Shown in pieces: positions 11,461 to 23,913 of a stretch of DNA of 64,000 nucleotides. Position 1 is the stretch's first letter; every line of letters begins with the position of its first letter. Source of the DNA: Lytechinus pictus (taxonomy: Eukaryota). Location of the stretch: the NCBI RefSeq assembly GCF_037042905.1, contig NC_087252.1, positions 1,862,001 to 1,926,000 of the forward strand. The letters run 5' to 3'. Under the pieces are notes generated by a model, which did no database searches, was not told the origin of the DNA, and saw only the letters and a program-made list of their open reading frames with translations. Made by a program: the position numbers and the translations under genes.

Positions 11461-14351
11461 TTTATTTCAGTTGATCCGTCGGAATATGTGAGTGTAACAC
11501 TGGCATATTTATGTAATACCAATTCAAGAAGATATTTGTGGATGTGAATTAATGAAGACATCTTGGTAACTCTACTAATATTTTGCTAATTTTTTTAAAG
11601 GTTTCCCTTGGAGAGAATGTATCTTTGACAGCTCAGCAGTGGGAGATACTGGCCCGCCAACGATCCCATTCTATGTTTGTAAAGACGTTGGCAGTCATGA
11701 TTTGGGGATCAGGAGTTCTGAAGGATAGAAGTGTTCATGGCCGCCCAAATCCAAGGAATAAAGAGGCCCAGGTGAAGGCACCCCTGACTTGTGCTAAGCT
11801 GCAAGCAGTGAGGGGTGAGATTCAGTATCAGTTTCCTTGTGTTCCATTGAAGTCACAATGCAAGGGAATATGGTGCTATATGCAGGTGATGTACCAAGGA
11901 TACAAGAGACCGACAGTGTCAAAATAACACCAAACAGAACAGAGGCCGGTGCAACCAGCAGCTATGGCGCGCCGTTTGACCAATAATTCACATAAACACT
12001 GTTTATCGCCGAAAAACACTGTTTATCGAGCGATAAACACTGTTTATCAAGCGATAAACAGTGTTTATCGACTGAAAAACACAGTTTCTCTCGATAAATA
12101 GTGTTTATCGCCGAAAAACACTGTTTATCGCCGATAAACACTGTTTATCGAGAGAAACTGTGTTTATCAGTCGAAAAACATAGTATCTCTCGATAAACAC
12201 TGTTTATCGCCGATAGACACTGTTTTTCGGCGATAAACAATGTTTATCAAGCGATAAACACTGTTTATCGAGAGAAACTTGATAAACATAGTTTCTCTCG
12301 ATAAACAGTGTTTATCGCTTGATAAACATTGTTTATCGCCGATAAACAGTGTTTTTCGGCGATAAACACTGTTTATCGAGAGAAACTATGTTTTTCGACT
12401 GATAAACACAGTTTCTCTTGATAAACAGTGTTTATCGGCGATAAAAATGTTTTTCGGCGATAAACACTGTTTATCTGATTTATTGGGCAAATGGCGCGCA
12501 CTCGTACTCTAGATCATGCAGTGCCGTATCACCGTATGCACTAGCTACTCTAGATCTCCACGTGCGTGCGCCGGCACCACGTTTTAAATTATTAAAAATA
12601 CTGCCCTGTTGTTGGGATGGACCTGTTTAACTAGATTCTCTTGATCTTGAGCAGAATTTCAGCCAACTCCAGGTAAGTCCCAGATCTGATATTCCCATAT
12701 TTCTGCTACATCTTTCTGGCGCAATTCCGAAAGCCGTCTGGAATCGTTAATCAAACGGTCAATCGGGTACGATTCTGGGTCTTGACTTGGTCTTGGGTTG
12801 GGGCCCCTAATCCCTATATCTATGCCGTGCTATGGCATGGGCTGGCGCGGCCGCGCCCGTCTGCAGGCCTGGTCCTGGGAGCGCAGGCAGCCCGGTCGGT
12901 CGTTCAATTCCGCAAGCGAGACGCGATCGCGACTGCTAGCTAGCTACAGTAGCTAGTTAGATATAACCGTCTGGTATGATATGGGTCATTCTTTAATAAA
13001 ATTGACATTTGCTACCCTGGCCCTAGGGGGGGGGGGGGGGTATGGGGGATCCGGATGGTACCGATCTTGTAAGTTGTACTTGTAGTTGTACCACATAGAC
13101 TCTATATCATTATATGGCCACACATGCGCACACGTCATAACAATTGAGTGAATGCATGGCACACTCAGTGAGTTTAAAAGTCACTCTCATTTGTTGCATG
13201 TGTACTACTTTGTGCACTAATTGAAACTATAAGTAGGCCTAGGCCTACACAGGAGTGACTCTTGCGTTTTGTTTGCTTAATCAATGAATGAGCTGTTATC
13301 TATGCAAAAGGGAATAGTCTAGAACTAGAATAGAAGCCCAGAAACTTGCTTTGGCCCAACTTTGGCCAGTTTGGAACGATTACGTGGTGTTATTAATATT
13401 AGTAATATAGCCTAGATCAGGGACGTGATAGAGAAGGACTGGAATCAAGCCGCTCTCCTTTGACCCCATGCTCCATGCCGCCGAAAAGTTATGCGCTAAT
13501 CTGCAACTGTTGACCAGGTGGTGAGAAAAAAGAGGGCATGAAATTTCAGGATTTAGAATTCCTACATCAAAAAATGGTATCCCAGCAACTGTTCGCTGTC
13601 CCTTTCAATGATTTCTCATCCATTGTTGAATGTGTAAAAGAGTAGAACAAGCGAACACAAACTTGTGTAATTTCATCCTTTTTTTAACTTAAAAAAATAT
13701 AAAAAACACGCGAAAACACGCATTAGCAAACTTAATGTTATTAAAGATTGTAAATCATGGATTAAATAACGGGACATTAAAACATGCACAAATTAGCGCA
13801 TTATCCTAAAATATTGAGTTTTTGTCAGGAGTAATTTTTCTTTTACCAACACATGCAAACAAATTATAGGAAGGACGGAGTCCTAATTTGAAAATTTGTT
13901 TGATGCACTATTCCCAATACAATCCCCAAATAAAGTTTTTGATATACACTGAAATTTTGCCGGTAATTTAATATTTTGTAATAAATGTAAAACTGGTGCC
14001 TGGCTTCCGAAAGTCCCGCAGTGGAAGCGCGGTTCGGAGCATGGAACTTCAAAGCCAAGTGGAATGTTACACATCCCATTGTTACGCTTTAGAACTCACG
14101 AATGCGTTTGAATAAATTACCAGAGTTTCACATCCTTTCTCTCACCTCCCTGCCTAGATCTAGATCTAGAGTCTAGAGACAGACTCTAGTTAGTAGGGTC
14201 TAGATCTAGGCCAGGCCTAGTAGTACTATTAGTGTTAGCATGATTTATTAGTGTGTGTGTGTTTAGGTCTAGATCTATATTTTTTAGTAATCTACATTAT
14301 AAATAATGTTGTATAAAATTAGAGGGAAGGCATGTATAGACCTGTACATGT

Positions 14352-15298
14352 CAGGGGCGGATCTAACCCAGAGAGCTCCGGCCCGCGTAGCGGGCCGGAG
14401 CCCAGACGCTCAGTGTGCAAACGGGCATTCAGGTGAGAGTACCGTGAAGTTTGGTCAAAATCATTTTAATAATAAATAATTAAAACAGAAATTAAGCACT
14501 TACCACGATTGTATGGATGATAGTCTAACGAGTGGCAGTTTCCTGACATCGAGGCACAGACTGGAACCTCAAAAAACGATCAGTTCTGTCGCGGTGGCTC
14601 TCCTTCTTTCAAAATTCAACACAAAATGGCCGATCGAGACCGAGGCTAGTATAGCACTAGCGCATATAGACTTTGTCAAATTCGCGCATGCGCCCTACAC
14701 CCTCTCGAACGGCCATTTTGCTATGAATTCTGAAAGAAGGAGAGCCACCGCGACAGAACTGATCGTTTTTTGAGGTTCCAGTCTGTGCCTCGATGTCAGG
14801 AAACTGCCACTCGTTAGACTATCATCCATACAATCGTGGTAAGTGCTTAATTTCTGTTTTAATTATTTATTATTAAAATGATTTTGACCAAACTTCACGG
14901 TACTCTCACCTGAATGCCCGTTTGCACACTGAGCGTCTGGGCTCCGGCCCGCTACGCGGGGCCCACTTTGTGCGAAAATTTTGAAAATCGTGCCAGTCAA
15001 TTTTTCGCTCAGTGGGGGGGGGGGGTTGTGAGCCAAAAAAAGGGTAATTTTTTTTTCACCGCCACCCCCCCCCCCTTGAGCGCCAGGGGTAGTGAGCACA
15101 AATTTTTTTTTTTGGCACCCGAAAAAAATTTTTCCCTACGGGAAGGGTTATTATTTTTATTCCACCGCCAACCCCCCCCCCCCCTTGGGCGCCAGGGGAG
15201 GGGGCCCAACTTCTCTTTTTTTCAAAAAAAGGGTGTTTTTACCCGTTTTTTTTTCTAGGGGAGGGGGCCCGGCCCCCCCCCCCCTGGATCCGCCGCTG
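14352..15298. mobile_element. Non-autonomous hAT-type element nested in the IS3EU element, with a large internal palindrome
   Basis: TIR CAGGGGCGGATC / GATCCGCCGCTG; 8-bp TSD GTACATGT at 14344-14351 and 15299-15306; inverted arms 14382-14639 and 14703-14960. Confidence 0.9.
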
Positions 15299-15970
15299 GT
15301 ACATGTACATAATTTCAAACTAGTGTTGCCTAGGCCTAGGTACGTATATAGTGATAGATCTAGACCCTATGTGATAAAGTATATGAGACTGAGTAGAAAA
15401 CATAGGCTTTGATAATTTAGTTTTTTCCCTAGAGTAGGCCTACAGTTTTTTAATTGTTGTGGCTTACGCCTATACAGGTAATACTAATAGGTCTACCATA
15501 CGTACATTTTCCTAACTTTGTTTCAATTTTTCTTTGTATCTTAGAATGGTGGAACCTCTACCGATGGGGGCATTTGACCCACTAGAAGATTCAGATGATG
15601 TAAGTTAACTTCAGACTTCTGAGTTACTTAATCTTTTATTCAAAGAAGAAATACAAAGGCTTTCTTGTGAATAAGCCACCAGCTCTCACCTTGAGTTTGT
15701 AACAACCCATGCGATTCGCCATTTGTTTTTGCATATTTTGATAATTTACCCTTGAGTTGACTAAAGAAGCAGAAAACAGTTGTTGATGATCTCTCTATTT
15801 AATAATAATTTAACAAAACAATACATGCACAATTTTGTGTGAAGAAATGGTTGAAACTATAGCAATGCATTTTTAGCCCCCTCTTGTGTTTTAACGGCTC
15901 GTTTTGATTTGATAACAGGCTTTTTCGTAGTTGTTTGTAATTTGTTCTCTTCTTCCATTTTCTTTTACAG

Positions 15971-16640
15971 ATGGGGTTTTTATGTCCATGGAGGAATTGA
16001 TGGATATTCAAGGTGCATCCCCTTCCTATGCGTCATCTTGGGAAATACAGGCAAGTTAGCACTACTTTGCTTTCTGAAGGGGATAAGGAAACGTGGTCTT
16101 CCTAGTCGAATCAGAACTGACAAAGGTGCAGAGTATAATGCCTGTCAGCGGTTCATGGAGTGGAAGATGGGGCCAAATCGGGGCAGCACAATAAGAGGCA
16201 AATCTTTGCATAATCAAAGAATTGAAAGGTTATGGAGAGACGTCTTCAGCAAAGTTCTGGAGAAGTTTTACAAGCTATTTTACCACATAGAAGACTCAGG
16301 AGCGCTTGATATTAATAATGCCATACACCTGTTCGCTTTACACTACACATATCTTCCTCGGATTCAATATGCCCTTACAAATTGGGTAAAAGCACACAAC
16401 AACCATGGCATCAGAACAGAAAGGTTCCAAACCCCCGAACAGCTCTGGGTTACTAACATCATCAAACAACGATGTGCACTCCAAGCAGGTGTTGGTCCTC
16501 GGCCATCAGTTGCAGTGGAAAATGTGGAGAATTTCAATTTAGACAATTTTGCTGCTGACATAATGAACAGATTTGATATCGATGTAGCAGAAACTCAAAG
16601 GGACATAGTAGGCACTTGGCGTCTCACTCTGCCATCCCTC
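15971..16640 (+). pseudogene. IS3EU-type DDE transposase/integrase core exon
   Basis: After acceptor TTTTACAG the frame reads (R)WGFYVHGGIDGYSR...GLPSRIRTDKGAEY...GKSLHNQRIERLWRDV...NNHGIRTE..TPEQLW. It runs into the right terminal repeat array. N-terminal exons were not recognised. Confidence 0.8.
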
Positions 16641-18449
16641 AATAAATCAGATAAACATTGTTTATCGGCGAAAAACACTGTTTATCAACTGAAAAACACA
16701 GTTTCTCTTGATAAACAGTGTTTATCGCCGAGAAAAACTGTTTATCGAGACAAACTATGTTTATCGACTGAAAAACACAGTTTCTCTCGATAAACAGTGT
16801 TTATCGGCGATAAACAGTGTTTATCAAGCGATAAACACTGTTTATCGAGAGAAACTATGTTTTTCGACTGATAAACACAGTTTCTCTCGATAAACAGTGT
16901 TTATCGGCGATAAACAGTGTTTTTCGGCGATAAACACTGTTTATCGAGAGAAACTGTGTTTTTCAGTCGATAAACATAGTTTCTCTTGATAAACAGTGTT
17001 TATCGCTTGATAAACAGTGTTTATCGCTCGATAAACAGTGTTTTTCGGCGATAAACACTGTTTATCGGCGATAAACAGTGTTTATCTGAATTATTGGTCA
17101 AATGGCGCGCCATAAGCAGCAGAGTTGGCTATCAAACCTCGACAATGCAGACGTGTGTGTTCCGCACCTGGGATGCACACAGATACGCATCAAATTCCAA
17201 TCAGATGGAGCAGAGAAAACATGAGGAAAATACAAATGAAGTTTCTGTCAATTGTTGGATTAATAATGGAAGAGGAATACTCAATTCATTGTGGTTTTTT
17301 ATTTAAATGTTTTACTTTTATATTGAAATGTGCTAATTTAGTATTAAAGTAATTAACATATATCACAGTGTGCAGTGACAAATTGATCAAGTTAGATGTT
17401 CTGTTATTTTCTGCAATGCAAATTGAAACGCAGTTATAATACTAATGAATTTGAAATATTAGTATCTTCAACTGTAATTATTATATAGGCAGTCTCTTCA
17501 CGGTAACTCATAATTTCCCTTGAATACTTTCTTCGATGTGGATGCCAAGCCTGAATGCAGATTGAATGTTTTCGCCCTGCCCTTAATTGGGAATTGCATT
17601 AAGAGTTATGTCACAGTCAGTTACGTAACTAATAATGAGTGGGTCGCGGCCCGGCCCTGTGATCTAGCCGTGGGGGGCGTGATTGGGGTGCGCAATCATT
17701 AGGCGAGATCCGGGATCGGAGCCGGTGGTCGATCTGATCTTGGCCTATAAAGAGTGGTGTTTTCTAAAGGAAGCTACACAACCATAATTTGTGGAATCAA
17801 TGTAGATCATATCGCAATTTCTTCTCCTCGGACTATTCGTCAACTATATAGTACAAGCCTGTGGTTTATCCGGGTTAAGGCCTACTGTGACGGCGATTCT
17901 TTTTATTTGATTTGAATTGCAGCTTGAGCTGGGCCTCCCAGTTCGCTGCTTATTGGACACTACGACCCCGATCACCATCCTGATACTGTAATAGCGATTT
18001 TTCATTGGATTTAATTTCAAGAGCTGGGGCTGTCAGTTCGCTGTTTATTGGACACTACGACCCGATCACCGTCCTAATACTACACTGTGCATGCAATTTT
18101 CGGGATCAGTTTCACGCCAGGGTTTCACGTCTTCAGTACATGCAGTTCGCAACTTGTTGTGTTAGCAATACCGGAATATGGATGCGGTTCCGCCAGCAAG
18201 GACAAGGTAAGTGTGGTTACTCATGTTGAAAATGTGGAGTTTGGTTTTTACTTGAAAATAAATGTATTTTACCCTGTATAATCTAAGGTTGTGATGGTTA
18301 GAAAAAACAAATTACCATGCTGTTCAGAGTAGCGGACCGGCCATGCACGGCGCCACGAACCTTTTTAACTTAGGTCTTGACTCTTGTCTTAGGCTTAGCT
18401 CATGTTTAGAAACTTTAGGCTTTTGTTTGCTTAAAATGTCTGTTTATTG

Positions 18450-19029
18450 CATAGAGCACCCAAGTGGCAAGGAAGCTGAACAACACCAACACTGCAATAT
18501 AGATTGGTGCAAATGGCTGCAGGATGCTCGCGATGGGACAAAAAAATACAAAACAGGGAGAAAGTTGCCATATGCGTACTTCAATGAAATGAAACCTCGG
18601 TATGAGAGACTGAGTACTTCAAAATTGCCTGAAAGATGCATTCCAGGCCTGACTCAAAACCAAAAAGAAAGTTTCAACAGAACTGTCAGGAAACGATGCC
18701 CCAAAGAACAATACCGTGGTGCTCGAGCAGTGAAACAGGGTGTGTCATCTGCTGCTGTGAACTGGAATTCAGGACAGACTGGTGGACTTCAAATCATGGA
18801 AAGACTGCGCTTGGGTGTGGGCAAATATACAGCTGAAGGATCAACAGAGGACAGGAAAAGATGTCAGAAAGCTACATACAAGGCATTAGAAATGCAAAAG
18901 AAAAGGAGAAAGTTTCTCAAGGAAGGGAGAGTTCCAGAAGAGCAAGCGCAAAGACAATCGAAAGGAGCAGGATATGGACCCGGAGAATTCAATGACCGAC
19001 AGGTTTCATTCATATACAATGTAATTTAG
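18450..19029 (+). pseudogene. C-terminal fragment of a Kolobok-type ('Mutator-like') transposase
   Basis: QHQHC..WCKW...LP....EMKPRYERLS...RCIPGLTQNQKESFN...RCPK...AAVNWNSG motif series. The N-terminal catalytic part is missing. A candidate TTAA-bounded left end lies near 17600. Confidence 0.6.
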
Positions 19030-22000
19030 GGGCGAAATTAAGAAAATAGTGTTCAAATGTACTTCAGACTGTTATATATTATCTCATTATGTGTACAATG
19101 GTATTACTTATCAAATTAAGACTCCAGGAGCAATTGGAAGTCCCAAAAAGAGTAAAAATCATGATTTTAACATTTCTTTGTTTTCTTATAAAAAATGCTA
19201 ATTATCTCAAATATAAATTTTTGACAAAAATACAAATAACTTGAAAAATAATTATCAGATTTACTTCAACATTGGCAGGAATATTTGTTTCTACATAACA
19301 AACAATCCTATGACGATTTTTCTGTATATATACTGTACCCCACAAGCAAAGTTAGTAACAAAAATCAAGTTAATTTCTTGTTTTTTTTTTTCAATATTAA
19401 AATTATATGTAAATGATGAAAATCATACCAATTGTCTCATAGGATTATTAAACATACCATATGCTATCAAGATCAGTTTATACTGTGATATTGTAAGTAC
19501 ATTTATAGTAGTGTAAAGACCATGCACTTCAATATTTGCATATAATTTAAATGTCCTTGAGAAATGTGCATATAATTTGCATATTTAAAGAGATAATTGA
19601 AAATCTCAACAGATAAAGATTCTCCAATGTCTCATCTTTCTAAATATATATGGTTTGCATGGGTTTACTTTTTTTCAATCAGTTCACCCACTTCACCAGA
19701 TCTGACAATCAAAATAGATCCAGATGGAAATTGTCAGGATCAAATGTACATTGTATTCAACCGTACGTGTACGGACTAGGCACTAATTACACACCTGAAT
19801 TTATTTGCAGATTCTATGGAGGCTTTGGAAAAGTGTATCAGAGAAGGGACACGAGTGGTGTTTAGGAAGCGGCGCCTCCTTGACACTAGTGTTGAGCAAA
19901 CTTCAGATGAAGAAGGTGTTACAGCAGTTTGCCCCGCAAAAAGATCATTAGACTTTGCTCAAGTAAAAAAGGTTACCAGTAACATGCACTTATGACATCT
20001 ATGCATTACATTCTATTTAACCCACTTCTTGAAATAATTAAGAAAAAATTAAGAAAAAATTAAGTCGTCAAGTTATATTAAACCATATAGTTTGAAAACA
20101 GATTTATGTAGTCCAGATGGATTTGACTTAACTTAGGCAAGGTGAGATACATCTTGTGCATTTTTTAAAGATAATTGGGGAGACTGATTTGCCATCCATC
20201 CTTGGTCATAAAATGTTGGACAAATTGGTGGCCAATAAAAAACCTCTAGTCAACAATGTCCAAGCCCAAGCTGGAAAGGTACCATGGACGGATTATCGCC
20301 GACACTTTGACGTCTGCAGAAGACTGAATCATTGAGATGATGTCAAGGCTGGGCAATATCTCGCCACGAGACTGCAGGGAGCTGCACTGAAGGTCTTGAA
20401 TAATATTCCATATGGACAAGAACTCACCTACTCAAATCTCATTTCCCATTTGGAGAAACGATTTGGCCCAAGAGAAAATGCGGAAATTTTCTCCTCGAGT
20501 TGAGGACTACATGTAGGCGTCAACAGCCGAAGGAAAGTCTACAGGAACTAGGTAAGGCAATTAGGGATTTGACTTGCCTGGCGTACCTGGAGCTGAGCAA
20601 CGATGCTAGAGAGAGGCTTGCTCGTGGACACTTTTCTGAAGCAATTGACGATGGCGAAATCAGGGCTGCCATTTTTCGAGCTCATCCATGGACGCTTGAA
20701 GAGGCGATTACAGCTGCGTTGACGACAGAGTCTTTTCTTCAGACGGAGAAGGCACTATGAGGAAAATCATAGGGAACATCTCAAAGAAGTTGACACCCTA
20801 AGAACTTATCGTTCCAGGCCCAAGGATATGTATTAACATTGATGTATATATATATATTTTTTTTATTATAGTAACTGGGACAGTGACTTATTTGGCAGGG
20901 GGTAGTGTGAAGGAACCCCCTTCTTGTGAAAAGAAAATCTAATCTTCAAAAAGATTTAGATTTTCCCAAATTCCATTTTTTTATATTGTGCAGGATCCGG
21001 AGATAGTGGTAGACATGGCGAATTATGGGGACGCTGTTCCTGCGGAGAGGTGTCAGGTTTATACGCCAACTCAATTCCAAAATAATGCTTCCGATGTTGA
21101 GAGTCAACAAACCACTGACCCGAAGAAACAGAGAGGATCTGAAGCCAGGGACGTTTTGCTGGATAAGTTCGCTGGAAAGGTACCATGGACGGATTATCGC
21201 CGACACTTTGACGTCTGCAGAAGACTGAATCATTGGGATGATGTCAAGGCTGGGCAATATCTCGCCACGAGACTGCAGGGAGCTGCACTGAAGGTCTTGA
21301 ATAATATTCCATATGGACAAGAACTCACCTACTCAAATCTCACTTCCCATTTGGAGAAACGATTTGGCCCAAGAGAAAATGCGGAAATTTTCTCCTCGAG
21401 TTGAGGACTACATGTAGGCGTCAACAGCCGAAGGAGAGTCTACAGGAACTAGGTAAGGCAATTAGGGATTTGACTTGCCTGGCGTACCCGGGGCTGAACA
21501 ATGATGCAAGAGAGAGGCTCGCTCGTGGACACTTTTCTGAAGCAATTGACGATGGCGAAATCAGGGCCGCCATTTTTCGAGCTCATCCATGGACGCTTGA
21601 AGAGGCGATTACAGCTGCGTTGACGACAGAGTCTTTTCTTCAGACCGAGAAGGCACTATGAGGAAAATCATAGGGAACATCTCAAAGAAGTTGACACCCT
21701 AAGAACTTATCGTTCCAGGCCCAAGGATATGGAAAAGAGTAGGAGAGAAGTTGATGAGGAAAGGGAGAAGGAGAAACAGGGACGGAAGGAGCAAAGACAG
21801 AAGAGAAAAGAGGAAGAAAAGATAGAAGAGGAACGGGCGCGGTTGGAAGCGGTGGAAGAAGAAAGGAGGAAGAGGGAGGACAGCCAGGAAGCAAAGAAAA
21901 CTAGAGGAGAGTAGGAAGAGAGAAGAGGAGAAACGCTTAGATGAAGAGGGACTGAAGGAGGAAATAAAGAAGATGGAAGAGGAAAGTGCAGCTAGGAAGA

Positions 22001-22445
22001 TAGAAGAGGAGAAAGAGAGAAGAAATGTCAAAATTGTCAATAGAAATAAATGTTTAACTCTTAATTTACCAGCATGTCCAGATGAACAGATCCAAGTTGT
22101 GACAAAGGTCACCATCACTACATCCTATTATGTTAAAACGAAAGACGGCTACTCACTGAAACAAAGATTAATAGACTCTCATCCAGAAGAACGACCCACC
22201 AAGATGTCCACATAATTTGATCTGTTGTTAAAAAAAAGTTTTTTTTAAAATCTTTATGTATTTTATGATATTTATGTATATCTATGTATTAACATTGATG
22301 TATATATATTTTTTTTATTATAGTAACTGGGACAGTGACATATTTGGCAGGGGGTAGTGTGAAGGAATCTCCTTCTTGTGAAAAGAAAATCTAATCTTCA
22401 AAAAGATTTACATTTTCCCAAATTCAATTTTTTTATATTGTGCAG

Positions 22446-23108
22446 GATCCGGAGATAGTGGTAGACATGGCGAATTATGGGGACGCTGTTCCTGCGGAGA
22501 GGTGTCAGGTTTATACGCCAACTCAATTCCAAAATAATGCTTCCTATGTTGAGAGTCAACAAACCACTGACCCGAAGAAACAGAGAGGATCTGAAGCCAG
22601 GGACGTTTTGCTGGATAAGTTCGCTGGAAAGGTACCATGGACGGATTATCGCCGACACTTTGACGTCTGCAGAAGACTGAATCATTGGGATGATGTCAAG
22701 GCTGGGCAATATCTCGCCACGAGACTGCAGGGAGCTGCACTGAAGGTCTTGAATAATATTCCATATGGACAAGAACTCACCTACTCAAATCTCACTTCCC
22801 ATTTGGAGAAACGATTTGGCCCAAGAGAAAATGCAGAAAATTTTCTCCTCGAGTTGAGGACTAGGCGTCGACAGCCGAAGGAGAGTCTACAGGAACTAGG
22901 TCAGGCAATTAGAGATTTGACTTGCCTGGCGTACCCGGAGCTGAACAATGATGCAAGAGAGAAGCTCGCTCGTGGACACTTTTCTGAAGCAATTGACGAT
23001 GGCGAAATCAGGGCCGCCATTTTTCGAGCTCATCCATGGACGCTTGAAGAGGCGATTACAGCTGCGTTGACGACGGAGTCTTTTCTTCAGACGGAGAAGG
23101 CACTATGA
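22446..23108 (+). CDS. Gypsy Gag capsid-domain ORF (the uninterrupted copy)
   Basis: KFAGKVPWTDYRRHFDVCRRLNHW...LATRLQGAA...LEKRFGP...RRRQPKESLQELGQAIRDLTCLAYP...F..AIDD...PWTLEEAI, typical of a retrotransposon capsid. It stops before any CCHC knuckle. Copies at 20270-20760 and 20994-21661 carry a stop and/or frameshift. Confidence 0.8.
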   Translation, partial: DPEIVVDMANYGDAVPAERCQVYTPTQFQNNASYVESQQTTDPKKQRGSEARDVLLDKFAGKVPWTDYRRHFDVCRRLNHWDDVKAGQYLATRLQGAALKVLNNIPYGQELTYSNLTSHLEKRFGPRENAENFLLELRTRRRQPKESLQELGQAIRDLTCLAYPELNNDAREKLARGHFSEAIDDGEIRAAIFRAHPWTLEEAITAALTTESFLQTEKAL

Positions 23109-23175
23109 GGAAAATCATAGGGAACATCTCAAAGAAGTTGACACCCTAAGAACTTATCGTTCCAGGCCAAAGGAT

Positions 23176-23913
23176 ATGGAAAAGAGTAGGAGAGAAGTTG
23201 ATGAGGAAAGGGAGAAGGAGAAACAGAGACGGAAGGAGCAAAGACAGAGGAGAGAAGAGGAAGAAAAGAAGAGGAATGGAGGCGGTTGGAAGCGGTGGAA
23301 GAAGAAAGGAGGAAGAGGGAGGACAGCCAGGAAGACAGAGTATGGAAAAGGGATAAGAGAGACAGGATGGAGACAGAGCTAGATGAGGAAATACTGGAGG
23401 AGAAAAAAAACTAGAGGAGAGCAGAAAGAGGAGAAATGCTTAGATGAAGAGGGAAAGAAGCTGTTAGAACTTAAGAGAAGAGGAAGAGAGAAGAGGAGAA
23501 ACGTTTAGATGAAGAGGGAAAGAAGCTGTTAGAAGAGAAGAAAATAGAAGGAGGAGAGACGATTAGAGGAGGAGCGGAAGAAGTTGGAGGAGAGGAGAAA
23601 ACTGGAAGCAGAAAAACAGAAGAAGAAGCTAGATGAGAGGGAGAAGAGACTGAAGGAGGAAATAAAGAAGATGGAAGAGGAAAGTGCAGCTCGGAAGATA
23701 GAAGAGAAAGGGAGAAGAAATGTCAAAATTATCAATAGAAATAAATGTCTAACTCTTAATTTACCAGCATGTCCAGATGAACAGATCCAAGTTGTGACAA
23801 AGGTCACCATCGCTACATCATATTATGTTAAAACGAAAGACGGCTACTCACTGAAACGAAGATTAATAGACTCTCATTATCCAGAAGAACGACCCACCAA
23901 GATGTCCACATAA
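23176..23913 (+). pseudogene. Glu/Lys/Arg-rich coiled-coil accessory ORF of the Gypsy element (frameshifted; shorter copy at 21729-22215)
   Basis: A charged low-complexity region is followed by a conserved non-repetitive tail NKCLTLNLPACPDEQIQVVTKVTI.TSYYVKTKDGYSLK, located directly before the 3' UTR and PPT. Confidence 0.55.

Larger units (their letters stand above)
5472..11814 (+). pseudogene. BEND5-like (BEN domain) gene relic; exons ~5472-5709, ~9790-9989, ~10750-10942, 11601-11814
   Basis: ENLYVPIDGK|VSLGENVSLTAQQW...KTLAVMIWGSGVLKDRSVHG...KAPLTCAKLQAVR closely resembles the BEND5 BEN domain as I recall it. Upstream are a coiled-coil exon (KENVELREKVNK*TELSTRLQ) and an N-terminal YSVAEF..VAVVPQEWI..CLWPP exon. 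In-frame stops are present. Linkage of the first exon is inferred. Confidence 0.7.
11963..17114 (+). mobile_element. IS3EU-type DNA transposon (~5.15 kb) with long internally repetitive termini
   Basis: Ends TATGGCGCGCCGTTTGACCAATAATTC / GAATTATTGGTCAAATGGCGCGCCATA, with 6-bp TSD AGCAGC at 11957-11962 and 17115-17120. TAYGG termini plus a 6-bp TSD are the IS3EU signature. About 500 bp of GATAAACACTGTTTATC arrays lie at each end. Confidence 0.85.

Noticed and set aside
16641..16893. Repetitive C-terminal extension of the integrase ORF and ORF 16708-16893
   Set aside because: Read-through into the non-coding terminal repeat array.
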